Shown here: positions 52,701 through 62,241 of the stretch, in pieces
Layout of the letters: each line of letters begins with the position of its first letter
Numbering within the stretch: position 1 is the stretch's first letter
Notes under the pieces: model-generated
Told to the model about the DNA's origin: nothing
What the model saw: only the letters and a program-made list of their open reading frames with translations
The model's database searches: none
Translations under genes and position numbers: made by a program
Origin: Corallochytrium limacisporum Hawaii
Taxonomy: Eukaryota; Protista; Pluriformea
Direction of reading: 5' to 3'
Assembly (NCBI GenBank): GCA_002811645.1
Contig: PDIP01000032.1
Span: 215,213 to 279,212 of the forward strand
Length of the DNA: 64,000 nt

Positions 52701-53460
52701 GCCGCGGGTAGCAGATTCGACACAAAACACTGACCCCTCCTCGGAACTCGTTCTGGCCTGTTGAAACAGTGTAAATTCCCGGTGGTTTGGACGCGAACGT
52801 GCCTTTCTAGTTTGCGCCAGTTCCGACGCGCGACCATTTCCTAAGCCGGTAAACCAGGCAGCGGTAGGGAAATTTTCGTTGCGAGAACACATAACGGAAG
52901 AAACTGCAGACTCGGAATGGATTGCCAGGGACAACTGCTTCCGTGACTTCTGGGCCGGTGCAGTATCGGATAGGGTCGAATTACACAGAATGCAAGGACA
53001 GGAGACCCGAGCGCTGTGCCGTCAATAGTCCCACAAAAGCCCCGTCTCCACCCTAACGTTGCGTCCCGTCGAACTATGCAATAACCTACGGGCTACGAAA
53101 CTGCTATGATAGCCTCATACTTTAGTACAGGGTATCGTTCTGCGGCGCGGTGCTGGGCCCACCTGAGCAATTCCCCCTATTTCCTTTATCTTTCTTAATA
53201 TTTCTTGGACAAGGCGAGCACGGACGACCATACTACGACGAGTGGGGGCGGGATGAGACCTCTGCGTCCGGTACATCCCTACGCTAGCCTTGCGACCCGG
53301 CAACTATTTCACATATTGCCTATATGGATGGCTAGTGTACAACTCACAGTATGACCAGTGATCACGACACGTAACTGAAAAGCAAGGCCAAGACCTAGTT
53401 AGTGTGATAATGGGAACGGTATAATTTGGGAAAACTAGGGTACCATAGGAACAAACCACT

Positions 53461-56400
53461 ATGGAATCACAAGTAGACCCCGCGGTTGCGGAGGCACTTC
53501 AGCAGCTTGTAGGTGACCGTACGATCATTTACTCAGCTACTGTACGAGTAAGAGAGGAGGGCACGCACTCGAACTCGAGAAAAAGAGAGCGTATGCTTGG
53601 CAAAGCATTTGGTAAGAAGGGCCATCCCGAAGTGAAGCAGATGACGCTGTTGCTCACTCTTCTGCGAGTATATCTCATTAATAGCAACACGGGGAAGCCA
53701 GATATACAGTTTCAGTTGCTTGATCTGAAGAAAGTTTTCAGTCCGGACTATTCCGAGCCGCGCATAACGGACGTTGGAAATGAAGAGTCAGGGAAGAGCA
53801 GAAAGAACAAGGACAAGGGCAAGCCTGCGTCTCAGCCCAGCAACTATCCTCTGGTTGTTCTACACATAGGTGAGGACGATGCACATCGAACTCTGATGAT
53901 GGACATGACGTCTCCAACGGAGTGCGACACTTTTCTGTTGCATTTACGTGGCTGTTTCCGCCGTGCATTTGCAACCTATCCGTGGGATCCATGCTTGTGT
54001 TCATTTGACATTCGCCCGGTGGCGCGGAAGAACGCCTTGTCTGATGCATTGACAGCGCACTTTGGTTTTGACTCTGAGGGTCAGAATGAGGATGATTTGA
54101 ACAAGAACGACTCTGAGGAAAACCTCAACAGCATCGCCGACTGGTTCAGTGTGGAAAATAACTGCGGTGGATGTGCATTGGCATATGCTGCTGTGTGCGA
54201 TCATATGGGCCTTGCTGTCAATCCCGAGGTTGCCTGGGACTTGAACAATATTTACGGTGGTACAGCACGCCCTGCGCATCGGCGTCGGGCTTTCGATATG
54301 ACAGACTTCGTCGGCAACGATACGGACACCTCGTCGACTGCGGTGCCGCTCATCCGTGCCATTGCCCTCTGCAACCATTTCACTAGCGTGGACTTGACGG
54401 GTTTGAAAGTGAACACTGAAATGCAAAAGGCTCTGGTAGCATTCTTTGCTAGCAATCAATCGATTGGCAAAGTCATATTAGACGAGATCACGACACCAAA
54501 GGACTTCTTTGCAGAAGTTGGTGATGCATGGCTGTCTAACAAAGACAGTTTCCTAACCGAATTGTCCATGGCGAACTGCTCTATTGATGAGCGGTCCTTT
54601 GCCATCATTTGCAAGGCCATTGCCAATAGCCCGGTACCTCTTCGTTCACTCAATGTTTCGAAATGCAAGCTCGGTCCAAAAAGCACTGCGCTAGTTCTCC
54701 AGGTTCTGAACAAGCAGCACAACCAGACCTTGCGATACTTGAACCTGTCGGGAAATGCTTTGGACAAGTGCATGGATGAGCTAATGGAGCTTGTGAAGGT
54801 TTCTTCGTTGCTGACCAGCATCACTCTCCAGGACTGTAGCATTTTCATTCCGACGCTATTTGAGTCCCTGATTCTGACTGATTTGCGGATGAACCATCTT
54901 GACCTGTCGAAGAACACTTTCCACAAGAAAGACAAATCCAACCGAAGGAGTGATAAGTCAGCGGCGGATCCGACATGGGCATTTACTGAGTTCTTCACTC
55001 GCGTAACCAAATTGCGCTCTGTGAACTTCGGTTCTACAGGCATGCCGCTGCCATGGGTTCTCGAAATGCTTAAAGGTCTGAAGAATAACAACAAAGTGAA
55101 GTCTGTGAAGATCAATATCGAGAACAACAACTTGGGTCCGGAAGCAGGAGGTCAGCTGGGATACATGGTAGGCTTCAGTCACAATATTGAAGGTCTTGCC
55201 TTGGGACAGAATGCCCTCGATGAGCCTGGTTTGACAAAGTTCTTGCAGCCCTTGCGTAATGTAAACTTCCTCCGCAGCCTCAGTATTGACGAGAATATGG
55301 GCAAGGTACGCTCCAAGAACCGTGTGGACACCATTTTCAATCTGATGAAGTTTATTACCTCCGAATACTGCCGCTTGGAATACCTCTCTCTACGACATGC
55401 GCATTTGAAGGGTGATCTGGTTGTCGTCATTGATGCTCTGGGCGTCAACCATAGTATCAAAGTCTTCGATATGACTGACAACCAATGTGGTGATTCGGGT
55501 GCACGCAGTCTTAGCAAGGCTCTCCAGGTGAACAATACCCTAGAATTGCTTCACATGGACGAAAACGATATTTCTATGAGCGGATACCGGGATCTTAAGA
55601 TTGCTTTCAACCGGAACAAGTCTATTCGGGAATTGCCGATTCCTTTCAAAGACATCGAGAAGATTAAGAACGGAAGGACTGATTCATCAGCCGTATACCA
55701 ACTCTTCCACGAGATCCAGGCTGAGGTTGCAGACAATGCTGCGAAGAGTTTCGGTCCAGAGTCTACCTTCTCCGGGGCCATCAAAGCGGGAGATATGAGC
55801 GGAGAACTGGATATCCGCGGGAATAGTTATGTTTTGCGTCTAAAGGAGATGGCATCGGAACTCCGTGAGCATCTCATGACTCTTGAGCTTGAACCGCATA
55901 TCAAAATGTATGTGACAGAGGCCGATCGCCAGGCTGTTTTATCTGTCGTCAAGGATTCTGAGCAATTCCACCAAATCACAGAGAGTCTGCAAAGCATGTG
56001 GCCCCGGATCATGGCATCTGTTGCGAGGGCTCTGCAAGAACGTCAAGACGATAATGCTGCTACCACACTAGATGCCTGTGCCAACATTATCGAAGGCAGC
56101 CTCGAGAAGCTGCAGGACACCCTCAGCCCTCATTTCAATATCTTTGCACAGGATCAAGAATTCCTCCGCTCTCTACCTGACTTGGCCACAACGTACTGTG
56201 ATGCGCTGGATGAAACCACTTTGCTGGGATTGGCGGTTAGTTCAGGATTGGGTAACAGAATCTTGAAGAGCATTCGAGACACGGTGTCCACCGCGGTATT
56301 GGTGGTACAGCGGGCCATGTTTAAGAGGTTGGAATCAGAGTTTAGTCGGGTGTACCGTCTCCTGGAGAGCAGAGCTGATACCGCGGCGAAAGCAGAGACC

Positions 56401-57870
56401 CAGGGTACCATGTTGCAGATGTTTGCATCCACCACGGCTGCCAGGGCTAAGGTGCAAGAAACTCGCAAAACAATCACGCGCCGCACTCGCAAGGATAGCG
56501 TATATGAACACATGGTGGACACTGTGGGTTCCATGCGCATGACGTACCCAGGTGCCTCAGGCCAAGACAACGCAACTCTGGCCGCCCCGGTAACAGGGAG
56601 CACAGTTGCCGCTGCCACTGCACCAGCGTCACCGATGGAACGTGACCGTCGATACCAAACCAAACTACCTGCCGTTACCCAGTCCAACGAAAGTCTCATG
56701 TCAGATGACCTAAAAGATGCGGCCCTTGCTGTGAAGGATGACCTAGAGAAGCAAGTGGCTGCTGAACGAGAAGCACAGTCAGCGCATGTACAGAACACAA
56801 CCTACGACGAGGCAGACGAACCGGTCTTTGCCACAGCCGCAGCTCTTACTAGTGCCAGTTTGCCGGCTCCACCGGATACATCTCAGAAACCGACCCTTAA
56901 GGGTAGTATTTCTCTACCAGAGCCCCCGGAGCCGTTGTATGACATTCCAATGAAACCAGCAAGGCAAAGCAATCATGGCACAGTCGGGATGACGGCGTCA
57001 CGTATGTCTCTACCCGAAGAAGACCCCTCTGAGGAGGAGCAGGCAGCTGCCGTCGATTCCCTCAATGATACTCGGGCCAGCGTTAACAGTGACGACAACA
57101 CAACTCCCCTCAGACCCAGCCGTCGTCCGCGGGCGGCTACCGCCGGATCGAATCAGCCTACGCGGCACATGCTTGGGCAATCTATGGACGAAGATGATAT
57201 TCAGAATGCCATGAGCCAGGCGGATGGTTCAGGTGCACCTCGTCATCCGGCAAGGCCGTCTCGTAGTCAGACTGTCACATCGATGACAGCGCAAGAGGTG
57301 GAGGCCGCGACGGGTGCCCGAAAACCGTCCTGGGCGGGCCCCGCTGTGCCCACCAGCCCTCCTCCAGCGATACCCGAGAATCCGGACAGCCCCAGGCGAC
57401 GTGGCCACGACCGCACGCTCTCGATGCCAACTTGGAACCAGCGTGATCTGAGCCCCGGCAAGCGTCTGCCAGAGCCGCCAAATCAGGCTCCGCCCCCGCC
57501 TCCGAAGACTCGAAATAGCATTGAAAGTACCAGTCCGGCAAGTGGCGGTAGTGCGACGCGAAGACAGCAATCAACTTCGGACTCGAGCGCAGATCTTGCC
57601 GCAGCTGCTAAGGCTGCTCAGGCGAGCTACGTTCCTCCAGGAGCGGGTGCACACCCCGCGCGTCCACGGCGTCGGCCGGATCATAGCCGGGAAAATTCCG
57701 TGGACACTAAACAGATTTCGTCGGATCCACCATCCGGCAATGCCACGTCCAGCCCGAACTACGAGAGTGAGGAGTTCTATGATGCTGAAGCCAGCTCACC
57801 ACCACCGGTGGTACCGAAGCCAACGAAGAAGCTGCCCCCTGGCGCAGTCGCCATTCCCGGCATGTTTTAG
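53461..57870 (+). CDS. CARMIL: CARMIL-family (LRRC16/Acan125-like) actin capping-protein/myosin-I linker
   Basis: N-terminal non-canonical PH domain; linker CGGCALAYAAVCD...EVAWDL; ~16 RI-like LRRs; helical domain; Pro-rich tail ending KKLPPGAVAIPGMF. Confidence 0.88.
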   Translation: MESQVDPAVAEALQQLVGDRTIIYSATVRVREEGTHSNSRKRERMLGKAFGKKGHPEVKQMTLLLTLLRVYLINSNTGKPDIQFQLLDLKKVFSPDYSEPRITDVGNEESGKSRKNKDKGKPASQPSNYPLVVLHIGEDDAHRTLMMDMTSPTECDTFLLHLRGCFRRAFATYPWDPCLCSFDIRPVARKNALSDALTAHFGFDSEGQNEDDLNKNDSEENLNSIADWFSVENNCGGCALAYAAVCDHMGLAVNPEVAWDLNNIYGGTARPAHRRRAFDMTDFVGNDTDTSSTAVPLIRAIALCNHFTSVDLTGLKVNTEMQKALVAFFASNQSIGKVILDEITTPKDFFAEVGDAWLSNKDSFLTELSMANCSIDERSFAIICKAIANSPVPLRSLNVSKCKLGPKSTALVLQVLNKQHNQTLRYLNLSGNALDKCMDELMELVKVSSLLTSITLQDCSIFIPTLFESLILTDLRMNHLDLSKNTFHKKDKSNRRSDKSAADPTWAFTEFFTRVTKLRSVNFGSTGMPLPWVLEMLKGLKNNNKVKSVKINIENNNLGPEAGGQLGYMVGFSHNIEGLALGQNALDEPGLTKFLQPLRNVNFLRSLSIDENMGKVRSKNRVDTIFNLMKFITSEYCRLEYLSLRHAHLKGDLVVVIDALGVNHSIKVFDMTDNQCGDSGARSLSKALQVNNTLELLHMDENDISMSGYRDLKIAFNRNKSIRELPIPFKDIEKIKNGRTDSSAVYQLFHEIQAEVADNAAKSFGPESTFSGAIKAGDMSGELDIRGNSYVLRLKEMASELREHLMTLELEPHIKMYVTEADRQAVLSVVKDSEQFHQITESLQSMWPRIMASVARALQERQDDNAATTLDACANIIEGSLEKLQDTLSPHFNIFAQDQEFLRSLPDLATTYCDALDETTLLGLAVSSGLGNRILKSIRDTVSTAVLVVQRAMFKRLESEFSRVYRLLESRADTAAKAETQGTMLQMFASTTAARAKVQETRKTITRRTRKDSVYEHMVDTVGSMRMTYPGASGQDNATLAAPVTGSTVAAATAPASPMERDRRYQTKLPAVTQSNESLMSDDLKDAALAVKDDLEKQVAAEREAQSAHVQNTTYDEADEPVFATAAALTSASLPAPPDTSQKPTLKGSISLPEPPEPLYDIPMKPARQSNHGTVGMTASRMSLPEEDPSEEEQAAAVDSLNDTRASVNSDDNTTPLRPSRRPRAATAGSNQPTRHMLGQSMDEDDIQNAMSQADGSGAPRHPARPSRSQTVTSMTAQEVEAATGARKPSWAGPAVPTSPPPAIPENPDSPRRRGHDRTLSMPTWNQRDLSPGKRLPEPPNQAPPPPPKTRNSIESTSPASGGSATRRQQSTSDSSADLAAAAKAAQASYVPPGAGAHPARPRRRPDHSRENSVDTKQISSDPPSGNATSSPNYESEEFYDAEASSPPPVVPKPTKKLPPGAVAIPGMF

Positions 57871-57954
57871 AGAAGACAAACTCGTTTAATAGAAAACTTT
57901 TGCAAGGGTTGTGAGTCCATATCAAGAACTTGTGAGCAAGAGGGAACCCCATGC

Positions 57955-58773
57955 TCATGTACGATCGTCGCGTCTCCGCATAGCGCTCATCAAGGACGTC
58001 CAGAGTCCCTGGGCATTCGCAGCAAAGGCCCCGCCCAGGAGCTCTCCTTGGTCTTTGAGGTTCGCCATCGCTGCCATACCACTAACGCGATTCCGTAGGA
58101 AGGCCAGGGTATCTCGATATCCTTCACTTCGATCCTGCAGCATAAATGTTTCCGAGATGGTGTAAACAGCTGCCGTTGATCCACGCTTAACGTACCAATC
58201 CATTTCGATTGAGTCGTCGCCCATCTCCCGCCAAATGTCGTCAACCATATCCTGAAGCATCTGCAAGGCCCGGGATGCGTTCTGTGGCTGGATCATCAAT
58301 GCCATACCATCCTGCCAGTGAGCCATATACGGCTCATTGAGCAGTAATCTACTGCTCAGGGCCTGGTAGATCTGCTGGTCCCGGCGCTTGGTGGGGAAAT
58401 CAGGGTCGGCCCTGAGTTCCTGTAGCATGAGCTCATTGTTGCGCAGGACAATTTCCTCCGCAACCTCGACCACACCGTTGCCAATGATGCCGTGAGCGGC
58501 GGGGCTGAACTTCAATTCCTCGACTGCAGTGCTGATCAGCTTATCGGTAAAGCCGTACTCCGGTAGCAGTTCGATGGACTTGTCCAGGATCTGTTCACGG
58601 ACGCTGCTGCCATTGCTGCTGTCGCTGTTGCTACCATTGACGTCATCTTTGTGGACCACCCGAGAGGATCCAAAATGGCGGCGCGTAGCCAAGACAACAG
58701 GTCGTGCAGTTGTCAGTTGAAAGCCTTTCTTTACCGTTCCAAGGAGAACAACATTTCTGCGCAATGCCAACAT
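57955..58773 (-). CDS. COQ9: Ubiquinone biosynthesis protein COQ9, mitochondrial
   Basis: Basic presequence; LPEYGF, VDDIWREMGDDS..MDWYVKR, and FMLQDRSEGYRDT..FL..R. Confidence 0.95.
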   Translation of the reverse strand: MLALRRNVVLLGTVKKGFQLTTARPVVLATRRHFGSSRVVHKDDVNGSNSDSSNGSSVREQILDKSIELLPEYGFTDKLISTAVEELKFSPAAHGIIGNGVVEVAEEIVLRNNELMLQELRADPDFPTKRRDQQIYQALSSRLLLNEPYMAHWQDGMALMIQPQNASRALQMLQDMVDDIWREMGDDSIEMDWYVKRGSTAAVYTISETFMLQDRSEGYRDTLAFLRNRVSGMAAMANLKDQGELLGGAFAANAQGLWTSLMSAMRRRDDRT

Positions 58774-59216
58774 TGTGCCTTTCGTGCGGAAGATTATGAA
58801 GATGAATCCTCTACTGTTTTGTGCTATGCTCCCAATCCTTGTTAACTACACCGCACAAATTGTCATTTCAAAGTATACAACTATCACATCAAGTTCTGGA
58901 CTTCGTCACTGTTTTCTTGTTTGGGATCTAAAATAGCCGTAAGCTCGGTACGTCAGCCAAGAATTTCCCGGTGAGGACCGTCATCCGGTTGTACTGGGTT
59001 TGCAGTTGAGAACGCACACCACCGCACATTCCCGTTTCGGCCCGCCGTCGGGCGGGAGGGGGGCTGAGTGGGGTGGCGATTGCTAGCCTCGAGAAGTGGG
59101 AAGGGAAACCAAGCACACGAAGACAAAGTCATCAGTGCTGCGAATGAGGATGCTAAGATTTCTCTATTCTCTTTTGTGCTAATGGGCATTGAAAATCGGT
59201 TCTACTGCAGTATTCT

Positions 59217-61514
59217 TCAGTCCACACGGCGTTTCTTCATACTGCGTGGAGGATCCAGGTGGTCCGAGTGGAAGTCGCACCTCTGGACCAAGCCACTTCG
59301 CAATAGGAACTCCACATCAAAGATGACGGCAGCGGATCCGAGGTGCTTCTGGATCCATTCCCAATCCTCCTCAGAACCAATGATCACCACAGAGGGCTGA
59401 TGATTTGTAATGTTGGTGCATTCCCTTAAATTGATTGGTAAAGTTTTCACATTCTCAATGAGGGTGCCGCCACCGGCCTCGATCACGGGCTTCAACTCCT
59501 CCGCTGATGGGCCTGTGTTGGGACAAACGAAGAATTGAAGACCACCAAATACGCGATGGCCACAACGGGCCTTAGCAACTGCTTCACTCAGGTTGAACTT
59601 GAACTGTTGCTCCTTCTCTGGATCGTGAAGCAAGAACGGTTCCTCGTCCAGGAGACTCTTATCCCGGCCCGACCGCAGGATCCAATTCGGATGCACAATG
59701 GTCAGACCGCGGGAGACCGCCACGAGAAACTTGGACGTTCGAATAATTTCCTTTGCCACGAGGTGCGTTGCCTGGCTCACATCAGCGACCACCTGACACT
59801 CCAAATCCTCACGGGCCAGCTTGAGCAGAGGCTGTACTTCCTTTTTTGTCATGGCCGTAAAGATGAGGTGCGGTTGTTTCTTTGTCAATCTCTTCCGAAG
59901 GGCGGCGTTCGGGTACCGCTCTGGGCTCTTGGAAGCCGCAGTTGACTTAGTCGGAGGGATAGCTGTCAACGGCTGCGGTGCAAAGAGATCATGGGGCGTG
60001 GGGTCCGTACGCTGACGGTATGGACTAATGTCACCGGTTCCCTTGTCAATATTTGCCGCCACAGGGGGTGGCTCTACTACCACAGTCGGCCTTGGGGTCA
60101 GTCCGTATTCAGTCTCGTCCGGTATGGACCAAGTGTCGAGTGCCGTCTTGACCCAGTCGCTGGACACGACCTTGATACCCCACTGTTTTGCCTTTTCGTA
60201 CTTTGCACCTGTTGGCCTTAAGGCAACTAAGTGCGTGTGATTCTTCGTGAGAACACCCGTGTAACGGACATTCATGATCCGCAACATGTCCTTCACATCT
60301 TCACGGGTTTGCTTTTCGAATCCTGTGATAGTAACATACAGTTCAGTTGCACCCGGCACACCGTTTCGCGACGGCATTGGCCGATATAAGGGACTCATAT
60401 CTTGATTCAGCAATGTGTTTGTTGATACACAATCTGACAGATACGACGGCGTGATCATCAAACAGCTGGCTTGCTTGGCATCCTTTGCGTTTGTAGAGTC
60501 CATAAAGGTAGTCACGAAAATATCACAAGATTGTGAAGCGAATTCATCCATGACCACCGCACCGTGTGACTCCAGCATGCCCCGCCATAGTCGCCTCAAG
60601 GGTGCGTTACCCTGGTGATCATCGGGGTCAATATAGGCTACGTGCCCGCCAAAGAGACCATTCTCGATGATGTACGCCCTGTCGCTACTGCAGTCTTCGC
60701 GATCTTTGGCTTTCAAACCAAGGGCTTCATTGTGTTCTGTAACACGCTGTGTACTATGTTGAGGGAGGGTACCGTTCACAGCGATATGACTAGCGACCGC
60801 ATCTGTATTGGTCATCGTTCCCGTTCGGATCCAAAGCACACCAGGTCCATTGGTCACAGCATCGCGATGATTCCACTTTATGGTACCTAAAACAACCTTA
60901 GATATCCATTCCGGAGTCACTATCGCGCGACAAGGTCCCTCTTCTTTCCTTATTACCTCCCATAAACTCTGTCCTGCAAGCTTTTGGGCAATCACCACAT
61001 CTGTCTTCTTCCATGGCTCGTCTTCTTTGTCGTCTTCGGTCTCATCTCCAATGATTACAGAACCGGCTTGATGCAGTTGGAGCACAGCTTTCAAACGCTG
61101 CACGGTATCCGCTGCCATGTCACTGTTTCCAACCAGTTGTGGATGTATCCCAAAAGACATTCGCTGGAAACAGCCCTTAGGCATGACCCGATAGTCATTT
61201 AAAGGCAGTGCCTTTCCAATCTCCATGGAGTCTTCCACCCAGCTGCTCTGGATCACAGGAATCTGCGCGAGCCAACAACTGTCTACTTCCTGAAACTCCA
61301 AATGGTCCGCGAGGCAGATGCAACGAACGAATGTGGCAGAATCTTCCTTTGCTGCGACTAACGCCGCCATGTTGTGAATTCTTGACGCCCCACCCGCTCT
61401 CATATGTTTGATGCATGTCAAGAGTTCGTCGTTGCCTTGGCTGGCTGCGTTCTCCAGATCCGGTACAAAGACCTTGAGGTTCCGGAAGATTTGCTTTGAT
61501 GAGTCGGTGCTCAT
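59217..61514 (-). CDS. Multi-BRCT DNA-damage scaffold (PTIP/PAXIP1-Rtt107-Brc1-like)
   Basis: About 6 BRCT repeats (SSWVEDS, VTPEWI, ITPSYLSDC, THLVA...KYEKAKQWGIKVVSSDWV, THLVAKEIIRTSKFL...HPNWI, DVEFLL). Confidence 0.85.
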   Translation of the reverse strand: MSTDSSKQIFRNLKVFVPDLENAASQGNDELLTCIKHMRAGGASRIHNMAALVAAKEDSATFVRCICLADHLEFQEVDSCWLAQIPVIQSSWVEDSMEIGKALPLNDYRVMPKGCFQRMSFGIHPQLVGNSDMAADTVQRLKAVLQLHQAGSVIIGDETEDDKEDEPWKKTDVVIAQKLAGQSLWEVIRKEEGPCRAIVTPEWISKVVLGTIKWNHRDAVTNGPGVLWIRTGTMTNTDAVASHIAVNGTLPQHSTQRVTEHNEALGLKAKDREDCSSDRAYIIENGLFGGHVAYIDPDDHQGNAPLRRLWRGMLESHGAVVMDEFASQSCDIFVTTFMDSTNAKDAKQASCLMITPSYLSDCVSTNTLLNQDMSPLYRPMPSRNGVPGATELYVTITGFEKQTREDVKDMLRIMNVRYTGVLTKNHTHLVALRPTGAKYEKAKQWGIKVVSSDWVKTALDTWSIPDETEYGLTPRPTVVVEPPPVAANIDKGTGDISPYRQRTDPTPHDLFAPQPLTAIPPTKSTAASKSPERYPNAALRKRLTKKQPHLIFTAMTKKEVQPLLKLAREDLECQVVADVSQATHLVAKEIIRTSKFLVAVSRGLTIVHPNWILRSGRDKSLLDEEPFLLHDPEKEQQFKFNLSEAVAKARCGHRVFGGLQFFVCPNTGPSAEELKPVIEAGGGTLIENVKTLPINLRECTNITNHQPSVVIIGSEEDWEWIQKHLGSAAVIFDVEFLLRSGLVQRCDFHSDHLDPPRSMKKRRVD

Positions 61515-61546
61515 ATTGAACGACTCTTGCTACGAATCCCGATTAC

Positions 61547-61807
61547 TTATGACCACTTCGAACCATGGACTTTCTTCTCGTCTCCAGTGACTGTATCCAA
61601 TCCAACCTGCTTGAACTCCAGCAAATTCTTATCTTGCTGCCTAATGGCCTTTTTGCGGTCACGTTTCTTTGCCTTTTCAGGTTTTGGAATGCTGTACAGA
61701 ATCAGTGACGCTGTTGCCATAAAAGCTGAGGTGTAGATCCAAAACTTATCTCCACCGGAACGACTAGCCCAAAATTTCTTTAGCTCAGCACGAGCACCGT
61801 CCAACAT
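61547..61807 (-). CDS. Small single-pass membrane protein (86 aa), unknown function
   Basis: ATG in acaATG context; one hydrophobic helix (FWIYTSAFMATASLILYSI) followed by a basic charged helix; lies just downstream of promoter-type C tracts. Confidence 0.6.
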   Translation of the reverse strand: MLDGARAELKKFWASRSGGDKFWIYTSAFMATASLILYSIPKPEKAKKRDRKKAIRQQDKNLLEFKQVGLDTVTGDEKKVHGSKWS

Positions 61808-62241
61808 TGTTCTGTTTACGTGTTGGCAGACCCGGCAGGCATGGCCTAGATCCTAGTCACACTTTTCCCTTTATCCGTCTCCAACCTTACAACGTAAACG
61901 TAACGTTTCGCATGACTTTATGCAAGAAAGAGATACTGAGCGTATCCGTCCCAAGTACCAAAGCACGCCACCCTCGCAAGAGACTAGGCGCCCCTCCCTG
62001 CCCAAACACGACCCCACGGCGGGGAGGGGAGCGGCTTATAGCGTCGGAATGACGGGGTACACACGAAGGGAGGTATTGGCGGAGCACGAGCGCCAATTCG
62101 ATGGAACGCATGGCGGATAGGCAACATGGGTGATCACGGACAGGAGAACCTACTGGCTTCTGAGATTGGTGTATACATAGAACGTTTTGCTTTCTGCATG
62201 TTTCTTTATTTAGTATTTGGCGATTGGGGCAAGACGCTTAC

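Noticed and set aside
53050-53057. ACCCTAAC, telomerase-template-like
   Set aside because: Only 8 nt; also occurs by chance elsewhere in the window; no supporting structure.
19091-57870. Apparent cluster of small-GTPase/actin regulators (RasGEF, two RhoGEFs, CARMIL)
   Set aside because: These are large families interspersed with unrelated genes; no evidence of functional clustering.
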